Positions 21,537-33,173 of a DNA stretch of 64,000 nt are shown here, piece after piece (within the stretch, counting starts at the first letter, position 1; the number at the start of each line of letters is the position of its first letter). The notes below the pieces were generated by a model. The model was not told where the DNA came from and did not search any database. It saw only the letters and a program-made list of their open reading frames with translations. The stretch lies in contig JAIVFI010000017.1 in assembly GCA_025558095.1 (NCBI GenBank), positions 1 to 64,000 of the forward strand, given 5' to 3'. Both the position numbers and the translations under genes were made by a program. This DNA comes from Hyaloraphidium curvatum SAG 235-1 (taxonomy: Eukaryota; Fungi; Monoblepharomycota).

Positions 21537-22671
21537 TCAAATCTTCGGCTTGGGAGCGGCGGGCGCGCCAGCGCTCTTGCGCATCTGCTCGATGACCTCC
21601 TGCGCCCGCCCGATCGCCAGCTCCTTCTCCTCCGTAGATCCAAAGGAGATGTAGTCCATGATTGCATGCGGCCCCGGGCGTCCGCCCGGGTACGGCACCG
21701 GCTCGCCTGCTTCGCCCGCGACCACCCACACCGCACCCCGCACCCCCTCGTCCTCGATGCACCGGACGTAGGCATCCACGAGCCTGCTCATGGGCGTGAA
21801 CCCGCCCACCACGGCCAGGCTGGCCGAGAAGAACGGATGCCGTTTCACGGCCTCCTCGGTCGCCAGGGTGGGGTCGACCTTGGGAAAGAAGGGGGTGAAG
21901 ACGACGCCCGGCAGGATCGCCGCGTAGCGGATTCCCGGAGTGCGCTTGCGGGCGAGGAGCAGCCCGTCCACCGCGGACTGTATGTGCACCGTCCAGCTGT
22001 TGATCCCGGCCTTGGCAGCGGGGTCTTAGGGTGGAAGAAGCCCGTGAGTCATGCGGTACCGTGGGCCGGCGGACGACGACGCACACGTGGGATCCGCGAT
22101 ACCTGTGCCGGGCCCGCCGTACGCCATCTGCAGTCCCGCTCCCGACGAGCTTGAGACGAAGGCCCCGGCGGCATCGCGGGCGAGCCAGTGCAGCGTGGCG
22201 AGGTTGCCGAGATACACCGTACCCACGAGGTTGCCTGCGATGGCGGAAAAGTCGTCGGCGACGCCCCTGCGGAGCTGAAGCGCGATGGGGGTGGTCGAGA
22301 AGCCGGCGTTGGCCACGACGACGTCCAGGGCGCCGTCCAGGCGCGCCACGGCGGCATCAAAGCCTGCTTTGATGGAGGGAACGTCGCACACGTCCATCCG
22401 CACAAACGAAACGTGGCCATCGGGGCGGCCGAAGCGCGCGCCGAGCGCGGCGACCATCTCGGCGCCGAGCTTCTCGTTGCGGTTGGCGATGACGACCTTG
22501 CCGATGCCGGAACCGAGCAGCCTCTCGACGATGGCCAGGCCGATGCCCTGACGGGCGAAAGGGCGGGGCCGTGAGCGCGCCGGCGGCCGCGTCGGTCACG
22601 CGCGTGGCGGAAGGGCACACCTCCGTTCCGCCCGTCACGAGCGCGTGCTTGCCCTTGATCGAGAAGACCAT
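21537..22671 (-). CDS. Short-chain dehydrogenase/reductase; 2 introns
   Basis: Spliced HALVTGGTEGIG, VVVANAG, and YPAAK rebuilt across an intron. Confidence 0.9.
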
Positions 22672-23619
22672 GGCGCGGAAGCAGTCGAGCGGCGTGGAGT
22701 ATCGAGAGATGGCCGGCGCCGATGTGGTTCAGGAGCCGGGCTCGAGGTGGAATTCGTGGCACCAGCCGATGGAACGTTCGATCGAACGCGGGCCGATGCA
22801 TGGCTGACTTTTGCTTGGCGAGGGGCGGATCCCGCACTGGAATCGGCCGGGAACGCGGACGGGGAAGCGGGAGATTACGCCTCGCTGCGGGGGCGACGAC
22901 GTCTTCTTCGCTCACGAAAGGGCCCGCTCTAGTCCTTCCAGCTTCACCAGCAACGCCGCGAAGACTTCGAAACAAGTTGCCGATCGTAACGTCGCACAGC
23001 TGCATGCCCTGCCCGTCCATCGCGTTGTCACATGCGGTGCGGAAGTCAGCACAGCGCGTGTGCTGACCGGCTTTTTGACAGGAAGACCAGACGAGAAGCA
23101 GATTGCCGCCCTCGCTCAGGAAGCAGATGCCTTCGCCGCCGATGAGATGATGATGAGGATGAGGCCGCTCCTGAGGAGGGCGAGCAAGGGGATGCAGCCA
23201 AGCGGAAGTAGGGCAAGAAGGACGCGGATGGAGGACAGGGGAAGCGAAAGAAGACGTGAAGTCCGTTTCAAATATGGAGCTAGCCCGGCGCAACACTGAT
23301 ACGGCTCCGCGGGGACTCCTTTGTTTCCTTGGAGGTGGGATGCGAACGGGAAATAGATCGTTGGCATTTTGCTGCGTGCCCATGCGGCTAACCTCCGCTG
23401 TCTCGATCGTCCCGGTCGTAGCCCCAAAGCAAGTGACATGGCACGCGCCTTGTGCTTATTCTCTGCTCGGAAACATGGCCGGGCCAAACAGTTCCCAGGA
23501 TCTAGTTGTCCGAGAACAATCTTTTTGTTCAAGTGAATGACTGTTGGATAGAAGAGATACAGATTGAATAGCGGGCAACGACCCATGGCGCGTTTCCACC
23601 TAACCGATCCTGAAGCCCA

Positions 23620-25305
23620 TCACGCCGTACCGTTCACCGGGATCGGTACCGCCGTCTCCCACGGGCCCCCGGTGCACCCTCCGATTTCCACCCACCCCTC
23701 CTCCCTCTCCCTCTGAACCCTCCGCACATCGAACGCCTCGATCTCTGCCGACCGCTCGTCCACGCCGTATCCCAAGTCGGCCAGCGACAGCGCGGTCATG
23801 AGCGACAGCGGGTTGCTCCGCGGCGACAGCGACCCCGTCATGAGCTCGGTCCCGTACGTGGAATCCTTCCAGTGCCCACAGGCCGTGCCCCGACCGCCGC
23901 GGTCCTCGACCCTGGGCCTGCCCTGCCCGCCGATCGCCGCCAGGCCCCGGGCCGCGTTGCTCCCCGTGAACTCGGCCAAGAACGCCGGCCCCGCCGTGCG
24001 GGCGTCGCAGTTGGCCGGGTCGATCAGGCCGTCGGACCAGCGGGTGCCGATCCCGAGGACGTGGCCGATCTCGTGGAGCACCGTCGCCTCGGCCAGCTGC
24101 GGGGAGCGCTGCCTGAGTGCGGCGAGGTCGGCCGAGTCGAGAACGACGAAGCCCGAGAAGGGCAGCCCTGCGCCGCGCGCGAACGAGCGCGGGCGGACAC
24201 CGTTGGGACCGGCAGCGCCGAGGGTGCCGCCGGTGCCGTCGATGCGGAGGACCTGGTAGCCGATGAGGAGATCATCGATGCGGGAGCAGGTGGCCACCTC
24301 GCGGCCGGAAAAGTCGCGCAGGCAGGTGATGGGGCGAAGGCCTTGGGAAGCGGCGTCAAAGTCGGTGAGGTCGGTCGTGATAATGTTCATCCAACGCTGG
24401 AAGACAGCGTCATCATGCTGGCCGATGTCGCGTAGCAACCAGCGACGTACCTGGGCGGCGCGAACAAAGATCGCGTCCGTCTCGGGGTCGCTCCCGCACG
24501 ACACGAGCTCGATGTTGAACACGTTCGACGCGTCGCGGCCAGCACCTCCGCGGTAGGGCACGGGGACGTAGCGGCAGTCACCGCGGAGGGTGTTGGCGGT
24601 GTCCCAGGTGGGTGTCACGAGGGGGCCTGAGGACATCGACGGGCCCGAGGGGGTCGAAGGGGGTGAAGCCGATGCCGAGGTCGTAGTCGTCCTTGAAGTT
24701 GTTCCGCTGGTGGTGGTCCGGGAGGTGGAAGTGGTCCGACTGGTCGTGGGCCCCCCGGCGGAGGACCCGGAGGGAGCCCCGACGGCGACGACCCTGTACG
24801 CCGACACGGGCGTGGCGCCGCTCGCAGACACCGTGAGGACCGCCCTGCCCTGGGAATCTGCGAATAGCACGACGCCAGAGTCGTCGATGGACACGGCCGC
24901 CGGCACCCTTCCCCCGTCCGCCACGACCACCCTCGCCCGCGGCCCCGCGCCGCACGAGTACGTGATGTTCCCCGAAGCCTCGAACGCCGCGGCCAGCCGG
25001 TCAGGGCAACCGCGGGTGGTTACTCCCAAAGGGGACCGCCAGCGCACCGACCAGCCGAGTCCCCAGAATTGCACGAGCCTCGGGAGCCCGTCGCCCACGA
25101 TGAAGGCCCAACGGCCGTTGGGCGAGCCGACGTCCGGTGACGACGCGGAACCGGCGGTCACGGAGGGGCAGAGGCGGCGCATCGCGGCATAGTTGAAAGC
25201 GCACGCCTGCCGGGGGTGCAGCGGCGCGGCGAAGGTTTGCGGAGCGGCGAGCGTGACGGCCGCCAAGAGCGCGAAGAGGGCGGGCACGCCGAGCGGGGAG
25301 CGCAT
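23620..25305 (-). CDS. Secreted leishmanolysin-like (M8-related) zinc metalloprotease with a bulb-lectin-like N-domain and S/T linker
   Basis: Signal peptide MRSPLGVPALFALLAAVTLA; IDGTGGTLGAAGP, HEIGHVLGIG, GTACGHW, ELMTG. A probable in-frame intron lies at about 24398-24451. Confidence 0.85.
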   Translation of the reverse strand: MRSPLGVPALFALLAAVTLAAPQTFAAPLHPRQACAFNYAAMRRLCPSVTAGSASSPDVGSPNGRWAFIVGDGLPRLVQFWGLGWSVRWRSPLGVTTRGCPDRLAAAFEASGNITYSCGAGPRARVVVADGGRVPAAVSIDDSGVVLFADSQGRAVLTVSASGATPVSAYRVVAVGAPSGSSAGGPTTSRTTSTSRTTTSGTTSRTTTTSASASPPSTPSGPSMSSGPLVTPTWDTANTLRGDCRYVPVPYRGGAGRDASNVFNIELVSCGSDPETDAIFVRAAQVRRWLLRDIGQHDDAVFQRWMNIITTDLTDFDAASQGLRPITCLRDFSGREVATCSRIDDLLIGYQVLRIDGTGGTLGAAGPNGVRPRSFARGAGLPFSGFVVLDSADLAALRQRSPQLAEATVLHEIGHVLGIGTRWSDGLIDPANCDARTAGPAFLAEFTGSNAARGLAAIGGQGRPRVEDRGGRGTACGHWKDSTYGTELMTGSLSPRSNPLSLMTALSLADLGYGVDERSAEIEAFDVRRVQREREEGWVEIGGCTGGPWETAVPIPVNGTA

Positions 25306-25992
25306 CGCGCGTTCTTCACAAGATCTGAGGTTGCAGACGACGCGTCTGCCGCGTGCTGAGGCGGCACGCTGTGCATTTGGGCGTCGGATGGTGTTGCGCA
25401 CGGGCGGACATTTGCCGGTGGCGCAGAACCGCAGGGACCCCGATCCACCCCCGGAAAGGGCAATCAAGTCAAGGAAGGGCCCGCAAACCCGGACGGTAAC
25501 TGCATTTGGCATCAAGCATTGCGGTTCAGAGCGATCTCTGCACCTGCAGCTGCCTGCAATAGGCGACTTCAGATCGTCCCTACGCCCGCACGACTCAGCA
25601 AGAGTCGGCCAACCCTGTGCAACCCGAATACGGCAAAGTCAGTAAATTTCTTCCTCGTCAGCAGATCACGGAGCGCCATAGCTTGATCCCGGAAACTCGT
25701 GGGCCAAGTCCTTCTGACACTGCCCGCCGACGAAACGGGACAAGGTCCGCTAGGCCTTCCGTGTTCGCTGTCTCTAGCCTCCATGACAAAGTTCTATCTC
25801 TCCGGCCGACCCGTAGCCACGCGGCCTCTATAGTCTCCGACCGGCAGCGGCGGCCGCTCCCGCGCGCACCGGTTCCGGTCCAGCCCAGCTCTCTGCCCGC
25901 ACGCCCGCAACCACCCCTCGCCCCTGCCATGCCTGGAATCCCATGTAGACCAGGTAGGCCAGAAGAAACAGCACCATGATCTGCAACATCGG

Positions 25993-26287
25993 TCTTGTTC
26001 GAGAAGTCGAACATCGGCCGGTCGGGTGGGGAGGCGGAAAGGACGGATGAGCGTCAGGCCCCGTGCCCTCGCCGGCAACCGCACCACTGCAAAACGCACC
26101 CGCCCTCGGGGTCCGGCGTCGCGCATGTACACCGCTGGTCCTTGGGCACTCCCTGGAGGACCTGCGTGACGTGGCGGCCGCAGCCTGTGTGCGTGTGGGT
26201 CAGCGCGTCCGGGGCGGGACGCCGGCGGGGGTGCCCACCGCTCCATGTGGTCTTGCCGCAGGCACGGCAGCGCGCTCGGGAGCACAT
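25993..26287 (-). CDS. Small (~50 aa) Cys-rich protein MCSRARCRACGKTTWSGCGRHV..VPKDQRCTC.., probably ending in CaaX (CVLQ)
   Basis: The intron GTGGGC..CACAG restores the CxxCGKTTWxGCGxH motif. A second intron would complete TG|A immediately after CVLQ. Confidence 0.7.
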
Positions 26288-26541
26288 CGGTGGAAGTGTG
26301 TGGAGGGGGATAAAACCGGATTTTCGGGGACGGTTGGTGCGGGGGCGACGTGACGGCGCTTTATGGGGAGGGTCCCGCTTTGTCAGCAACGGCCGGCGCC
26401 GTCGGTCGGCCTGCTTGGTAACCCGTGCTCCGGTGGCACCCACATGGCTAAATGTGACGTGATCATACGTCTGCGCTCCGTAATGCTACATTCGCGCCGC
26501 CACTGTTTGCACTCTGTCAGGCTACATCCGCCCCGCCCACG

Positions 26542-28042
26542 CTATCCGAAGATATTGCCCAGCGAGCCTCCGTTCAGGAGCTGATCGAGCAGCCCCGCGA
26601 GCCCGCCGCCCTGGTTCCCCCCCTGGTTCCAGTTGTTCCCCCCCTGGTTCCAATTGCCCTGGTTCTTCACCCCGTTCACGCAGTTCTCGCAGAACGCCGT
26701 GCCGCACGTCTTGCACCTGTAGTTCCTCCCGCTCGGGCCCTGCTGCACGTTGCACATGTTGCAGAGGTACGCGGCCTGCACCGCCGAGTGCGTCAGGGTG
26801 TGCTGCTTGTTGTCCTTGAAGCTGCTGCCCTCGGCGTGGAGCCCGAACGGGCCGACGCCCTGGTTCCACCCGCCGCCGCCCTGGTTCCAGTTGCTCCCCC
26901 CGCCCTGGTTCCAGTTGTTCCCACCGCCCATGCCGGGGGGAGGGTTGGGGTTGGGGTGGACGCCGCCGCCGCCTTGGTTGCCTCCCTGGTTCCAGTTGTT
27001 ACCGCCTCCCTGGTTCCAATTGTTCCCGCCTCCCTGGTTCCAGTTGTTCCCGCCCTGGTTCCAGTTTCCTCCCCCGCCGGGAAGCGGCGCGCAGTTCACG
27101 CAGTAGTCCGTGTTGCTTCGGAACCGTCCCATCAGCTTCCACCGGCATCACCTCACGAGGGAGTCCAACCCACCAGGCATCGCACCGCATGTGCGGCTCC
27201 CCCACCGCCCTCTGCTGCCCGCACCGATCGCAGTTGTATACGGTGTTGATCTGCCGGACCTCCATCGCGTGGCCGCGGGGGTCGTACACGGGGCCGCCGC
27301 CCGCGCCGCCGCCGCCCTGCGGGGGGCGGCACGAGGAGCAGAAGTCGAGGTCGTCGGCGTCGCAGCGGACTGCCGGCAAACGCATCAGCAAGACGTAGTG
27401 CCGCACGGACGGCGGGGAGCTCACGGTGGGGTTCGTTGGGCTGCCCGTTCCTTCCGCACCCGTTGCACGACCACGCGGTCGGGATGGCGCGCACGAGCAT
27501 CTGGTGCTGGTAGTTCTTGGGGCACTGCGTGTTGGGCCCGCCGCCGCCCGCCGTGCGGGGGTCGTGCGCGGAGCCGGCGCTGGCGGCGGAGGCGCCCCCC
27601 GCGGGGGGGCGGCCGGCAGAAGGCGGGTGGGCCGAGGCGGCGGACGCCTGCCCGGGAGGGGGACCGCCGGAAGGTGCCGAGCGCGCGCCGGAGGAGGCGG
27701 CCTTGTCGAGGAGCGGCTGGATGATTTCCTGGGGCGGCCGGGCGGGCGGGGTTGGGACCTCCCCGCGACGCCGCGCTCCGGAGGACGACGTACCAGCGCG
27801 GAGCCGGGAACTCTTCCGCCGTGGGTCTTCTTGGCCATTTCCTCCAGGCCCTGGTAGGCGGCCGGGTTCTTGGCCTTGAGCTGGTTCAGAAAGGCCCTGG
27901 CCTCCTGCTCCGATATCTTGCCGTCCTTGTTTGCGTCGACGGCTCCCATGGCGCCGCCAGCCGGGGGACCGGCGGCGGGAGGCCTTGCGGGGGGTTGGCC
28001 GGCGGCAGGAGGCGGTGCCGAAGCGGGAGGACGGGCGGCCAT
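26542..28042 (-). CDS. Protein with an EF-hand, three C1/DC1-like Cys/His domains and NWNQGG repeats
   Basis: DANKDGKISEQE EF loop; three H..CxxC..RCxxC/D.xxFCxxC units after splicing three introns; QN/G/W repeats. Confidence 0.8.
26858..27066 (-). repeat. Coding tandem repeat encoding (N)NWNQGG(G)
   Basis: ccctggttccagttgtt-type units repeated about 8 times here, with 2-3 more at 26610-26665. Confidence 0.9.
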
Positions 28043-28545
28043 GGTCGAGGAGTTTCAGGATTGGGTGAACCCGGTCCCCGTCGGACCCTGGCGACCGGAC
28101 TTGTGCCCGCGTGCCTCCCGTCCTTGAAATACCACATGGCAGGTGCGTGCTGGTCCGAAAGAAGGCCATTCAATTCGGATGCACATCCCCTGGCGGTCGG
28201 CGGAAGGATTCGAAGTGCCTCGCCGAACGGAGATCTTGGCACGGTAAACAGCACGCGCGGCGTTCAAGAGACAACCCTCGCGCAAGATTAGGAACCGAGG
28301 CCCGTCCGGGCCCCGCGCTTCTAGGTGTCTGATTGCCCTCGACGACGGGTGTGGCCGGGGGCGTCCTATGGCTTCCTTCTTTTTGACGATCGTTGCCGAA
28401 GCGAACGGGTCCTCGAATATAATGTCGGACGGGACCGAATCGCCCACGGCGGCACGTCGACACGTGCCGGAGCCACAATACGGCAGCTCACATCGCCAGG
28501 CGTGAGCCGCTGGCCGGTTCGGTCCTTTGAAAGCCGATGATCAGA

Positions 28546-29589
28546 TCACTCCTGCCATGTTGCCTCTACATCAAAACTTCCCGCGCCGTCCGATCCCGCC
28601 CTCGCGGCGGCCAGCATCATCCTCAGCTCGCCATTGTCCCTCCTCAGATCCCCGTTCTCGGCCTCGAGCTCCCCGATCCTCTGCTCGAGCCACTCGGCCC
28701 TCCGGCGGCGGCGGTCGCGGCTCCGCCGCGCGGCCTCGGTGTTGCGGAGCCGCTTCTGCTCCAGCGTCAGCGACGGGTCGTCGTCCTCGGTGCGTGGGCG
28801 GCGCCGCTGCTTTGCAGGAAGGGAGGGGGGAAGGACGAGGGGGGGCCGCGGGGGGGAGATGGCGATCAGGGGGTGCGGGGGCAGCGCGGCGGGTGCGGAG
28901 CGGAGGGGTGATCGGGACTCGGAGCCCGAGAGGGAGAGGGCGGCCTGCGAGTCTGGGGAGGCGGAGCGCTGCGGTTCTCGGAGGGTCGAGTCGGTGGAGG
29001 TGGCGGCCGGCGATGGAGGCGCCGGCCACGGGCACCGCTCGCCCAACGGGGTGTAGTGCCGCGGGGGAGGCAGCACGAGCGCCTCGGAGGCGCGGAGGTC
29101 CTCTTCCAGCTGGTCGATGGCGGCGCTGAGGAGGTAGCTCTGGACCTCGGAGGCGGGGATGTGCGCCGGCACCTCGGGCGTCTCGGGGGGCCTCGGGGGC
29201 GTCCAGGCGGTTCCCAGGCCGCCGCTGGGCAGCCTGGCGGTCAATGAACCCGGCGTCGTCGGAGAATGAACGTCCACATGGGTTGCCTGTGGCCGGTGAA
29301 GGAGCGGTGGCGGCCGCGGGCCACGGGGGCCGGCCGCCGCTCCGGCCTGCAGCACGCGCGTCGCCAGCACCTGCGTGGCCAGCCGCACGGCCTCGAGCGA
29401 GTCGGGCCGCGGCAGGAAGTCGCCGGGCAGCGGCCACGCCGGGTCACCGGGCGCGTCCGCCGCCGCGTCGCCGTCCGCCTCGCCAAAGTCGACAAAGTCC
29501 ACGAAGAAGTCGTCGCCCGCCGCGGCCGCCCCCGCCACCGCGCCGCCGGCCCGCCCGCGCGCCGCGCCGCCGCCGCCTGGGCCGCCCAT
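28546..29589 (-). CDS. GCN4/CPC1-like bZIP transcription factor, copy 1
   Basis: KRLRNTEAARRSRDRRRRRAEWLEQRIGELEAENGDL. The start is uncertain because an in-frame ATG also lies at 29841. Confidence 0.85.
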   Translation of the reverse strand: MGGPGGGGAARGRAGGAVAGAAAAGDDFFVDFVDFGEADGDAAADAPGDPAWPLPGDFLPRPDSLEAVRLATQVLATRVLQAGAAAGPRGPRPPPLLHRPQATHVDVHSPTTPGSLTARLPSGGLGTAWTPPRPPETPEVPAHIPASEVQSYLLSAAIDQLEEDLRASEALVLPPPRHYTPLGERCPWPAPPSPAATSTDSTLREPQRSASPDSQAALSLSGSESRSPLRSAPAALPPHPLIAISPPRPPLVLPPSLPAKQRRRPRTEDDDPSLTLEQKRLRNTEAARRSRDRRRRRAEWLEQRIGELEAENGDLRRDNGELRMMLAAARAGSDGAGSFDVEATWQE

Positions 29590-31655
29590 CGCAGCGCCCC
29601 CGATGCCGCTGCCCTCGGACACGCAATCTGTCTGCCCCTCGCCCGCCGCCCCGGCACCGCTCCCCTCGACGCACGCGTCGGAACAGCGGGCGGGCGTCGC
29701 GGCGGGCCTCGCGTCCCTACAGCCGCGCGGGTGACTGGCCGGCGCCTGAGCAATGCCCGTCGGTTGTTCGGTTGATTCACGCGGGCTGGCGCGCCCCCGA
29801 ACGTCCGAAACTCCCACCACCCCACGCCGCTCAACGTGCATCGAATCGCCGTCAGGAGCGGCAGATAAGGTTCCTCGATGTCTTGGAGCTCGCTGGCGGC
29901 CGATCGCCTCCAAGTGGCGCCGGATGTAGTGCCTTGCCGCAAGGACAGTGCCTGGCTGGGCCGCGCATGGCGCAGTTCATTCTTCGTTTGCCGCCCGAAC
30001 CGCCGAGTGCGCGGCCCACAACAAAAACACCTGCGCCGGCTAAAGGCACCGGGCAATTGCGCTTGCTGGTTACGGAATTTCCGCGGCATACCCGTCCGGC
30101 GGAGCGAGCAATGGCCGTGAACTGTGTGCGGTGGCTGGATTGGGGGTCCTCCCCCCCTGATCGAGGCCCCAACCATCGGCCAGGCGCCGCCCAGCAGAAG
30201 CCAACGGGGACGGCTCGTCGACGCCGGCCCGCCCCGAACCGAGACGATGGGTGCCGCCCCATCCCGGACCGTCGCCGACCGCGCGCCGGACGGCGGGGAG
30301 GATTTCCCGCCTCGATCCCTCGGCCGCCTCGCCGATCATCTCCGCCCGAACCGCCGGTGGCGCGCCTCCCGCGGCCCCGAAACGACCGGCACGCTTTCTC
30401 CCGCTCAATTGCCGCTCCCCGCTGCCGTCCCGGTGCCGGGATGTCCCGCGGCCGGGCCGCCGCGGGGCTTCCGAGCCGGCCGACCCCGGGTCCCCGAAAT
30501 GGCACAATCGCACGTGACGACACCGGTGGGGGCGGTGTTCCTCGAAGTGTGCCCGCGGGACGCAGCACGGTGAACCCGCGGTACGGAGACGAACGATACC
30601 GTGTTGATCCGTCGGCGGGGGCCGCGGAATGCAGCGAGGCACCCCCGAGCAAGGGGCAGCCGGCTGTCCCACCCCGGGCGGCTTCGCTTCGCGTTCCCCG
30701 TTCCGCTCATCGGCGGCCGGAGGCGCACGGAACGGGACTCGGTATGCGTGGGGAAGGCATGCATGGGCATCCGGCGGCGTGGAGTGCCCGGCAGGCAGCC
30801 TGTGCAAGGCGCCTGGCGCTATGCGTGGGACGCCCGGTGGCAAGTTCGGGGGGGGGGTTACCCTCATCCGCCATCCGCCGCCGGCCCATCGTCGGCACGC
30901 GAAAGGTTGCGCGGCCGACGGCGCCCGAGGCGCGCGCTTCCGGACGGATCGACGTCGTCGCCGATTTCCCGGCCGGCGTGCATGCTCGGGCGTCCCGCTC
31001 CCGATCAACGATCACCGCAGGGGGTTTCGAGGCCGTCCTCCATCCGAACGGCCGCTTCTTGCCTCCCGCCCGATCCCGGCCGACCGCGTCGGCTTGCGGC
31101 CGAGCACAGAGAACCGATGGGACGCATACACTGGGACGTTCGGGCGCAGCTCGACCCGTTCCTTCTCCCTCCAGCGCAATGACCGGCCGCCGTCTCCGAC
31201 GCGGCCGAACGAATCGACCGTTTTGCCCCCCTCATCCCCGGGGGGGGGGGCGCGGAAAACTCCCCCAGAGGCGGGCGCATGGTGTACTTCACATTGGGAT
31301 GAGAATCCGAGCCTCCTCCACGGCCTGGCGGCACCACCGGTTCCCGTCCACCGGCCGCATCCTCCACGGCGCATCCGTTTCCCATCGTCCCGACGAGAAG
31401 CAAGACGGACGCGCACGGACCGGGCGGAGGAAGGGGTACCGCGGCGGGACGGGCCTGCCGCACTCCGTCCGCTTGCGTGCCCACCCCCCGGTTGCTCCCG
31501 CCACCGGTCCGGACCGCGCGAGCACGAGACGGCAGGCAAGACGGCGTCGCGTTCCGCGGCGTACACAAAGACGATAAGCGGGCTCCCCCGCATGCACCTC
31601 CTCCCCCACCTCCATGCATCCGCGCATGCATCCCCTTCCGGGGACGGCCGTCCGC

Positions 31656-33029
31656 TCACCCCCTCATCCCCAACAACCTCTCCAGCTCCTCCACCCTGGC
31701 CCTCAGCCCGCCGTTCTCCCCCTCGAGCTCGCCCACCCTCCTCTCGAGCTCCTCCACGTGCCCCCTGCGCCGCTCCCGGCTGCGCCGCGCGGCCTCGGTG
31801 TTGCGGCTGCGCTTGGCGAGGATCTGCGCGACGCACTGCGCGCGCTGCGAGGCGGTGAGCTGCGCGGGGGGCAGCGAGAAGAGGTGCGTGGCGGCGGTCG
31901 CGAGGACCTTGGGGGAGATGTAGTCGTCCGCGTGCTGCTGCGGTGCGCGGCCTGCGGGTGCGGTCTGGGGTGCCGGCGAGGCGGATGCGGAGCGGCGGGA
32001 TTTCTTTGCGGGCGCGGCGCGCCGGGAGCGGGCCGGGGCGCGGCGTTTCTTGCGCGGGGCGTAGTCGTCCTCTTCCGACTCCTCCTCGCTCTCGTCCTCG
32101 GACGGGAGCTCGGCGGCGGCGGCGGCAACGTCTTCCGCCTCCTCCTGCATGACGGCGGCGGGGGGCAGCGCGCCCGCCTGCGCCATGCCGAGGAGGATCG
32201 GGACCACGCTGCCGCTCCCCGAGCGCGAGTCGATGGTCGACGAGGAGGCGGCGCGGTCCGCGGGCGCCGAGGGGGCCAGCAGGTCCGGCGCAAAGGCCGC
32301 CTGGGGGGCGTACTGGTCGGGGTACGGGTAGGCCGGGTGGGGGTAGGAGTGGTCCGGGTAGGCAAATGCCGGTGCGGGGGCGGGGAGGGGCGCCTTGGCG
32401 AGGGATGCGGGGAGGGAGAATGCCGGGCGGGCGAGGTCCGTCCCGGGGAAGCCGGCGAGGAGGGCAGGCTGCTCGGCGAACAGCGCGGGCGGGGCGTCGA
32501 ACTCGAAGGGCAGGGCGGCGCCGACGTCCGGGAACATGGGCGCGTGGAGGTGGCCCGGCAGCGGCAGGTGGGCGGGGAGCCGCGGCGGGTGCGGCGAGAG
32601 CGGCGGCGTGTCGGGGCGGCGGGCCGGGAGGGGGGCGGCGAGGGGCGGCGGGGCGGCGAGGCCGGGCGGCGACGGGTACGGGTAGCTCTCTGGCGGGCGA
32701 GCGGGCGGCGGGCGAGCGGGCGGGCCGGGGCATCGCGGGCAGGGCGGGGGGGGAAATGGTATCAGGAGTTAGGGGGCGGGAGAGGGGGAGGCCTGGTTAG
32801 AGCGGAGGACGGGGCAGGCAGCGGAGCACCCACGGTCCGCGTCCTCGGTGTCGGCGCGCGCGTGCGCTCCCGCCTGCGCGGCCTCGCGCAGCAGCGGCCA
32901 GACAAAGTCCTCGTCGGCGGCGCCGTCGTCGTAGTCGACGAACATCTCGTCGGCCACCTGCGCGAACGGCGAGTTGGAGATGGTGCGGACGTGCGGCCGC
33001 GCGGGCGGCGCGAGCAGGCGGTGCTCCAT
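31656..33029 (-). CDS. GCN4/CPC1-like bZIP transcription factor, copy 2 (intron 32690-32833)
   Basis: KRSRNTEAARRSRERRRGHVEELERRVGELEGENGGL. Exon 1 MEHRLL..FVDYDD..FVWPLL splices in frame. Confidence 0.85.
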
Positions 33030-33153
33030 GGCGGCGATGGGCGCGGCGGCGATGGGCGCGGGGAAGGTGCGGCGATGTGAATCTTCGGTTGCTCCGGGGG
33101 ATGCAGATTCTGGCGGCGCCTGGGCTCTTCAAGGGCCGATTGGACCTCACTCA

Positions 33154-33173
33154 TTCGTCCCTGGTTACGTCAT
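33154..33173 (-). promoter_or_regulatory. Candidate uORF1 (ATG ACG TAA) or CRE-type site, followed by the uORF2 start, upstream of bZIP copy 2
   Basis: ATGACGTAA at 33173-33165. The ATG at 33154 opens a frame overlapping the main ATG (33029) out of frame. CCAAT lies about 10 nt further downstream. Confidence 0.5.

Noticed and set aside
15018-22671. RlmN, GLO1, acyl-CoA dehydrogenase and SDR as a biosynthetic cluster
   Set aside because: No backbone enzyme (PKS/NRPS/terpene synthase); these are unrelated housekeeping functions.
22811-23299. Plus-strand ORF with a plausible intron at about 23037-23080
   Set aside because: No convincing start codon or motif and weak codon bias; it could be a small gene or relic but is unsupported.
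26610-27066. Regular repeats that might be a CRISPR array
   Set aside because: They are in-frame coding repeats without unique spacers, there are no cas genes, and the context is eukaryotic.
29244-31577. 777-aa plus-strand ORF between bZIP copies
   Set aside because: Low-complexity, partly antisense to bZIP copy 1; more likely regulatory intergenic DNA.
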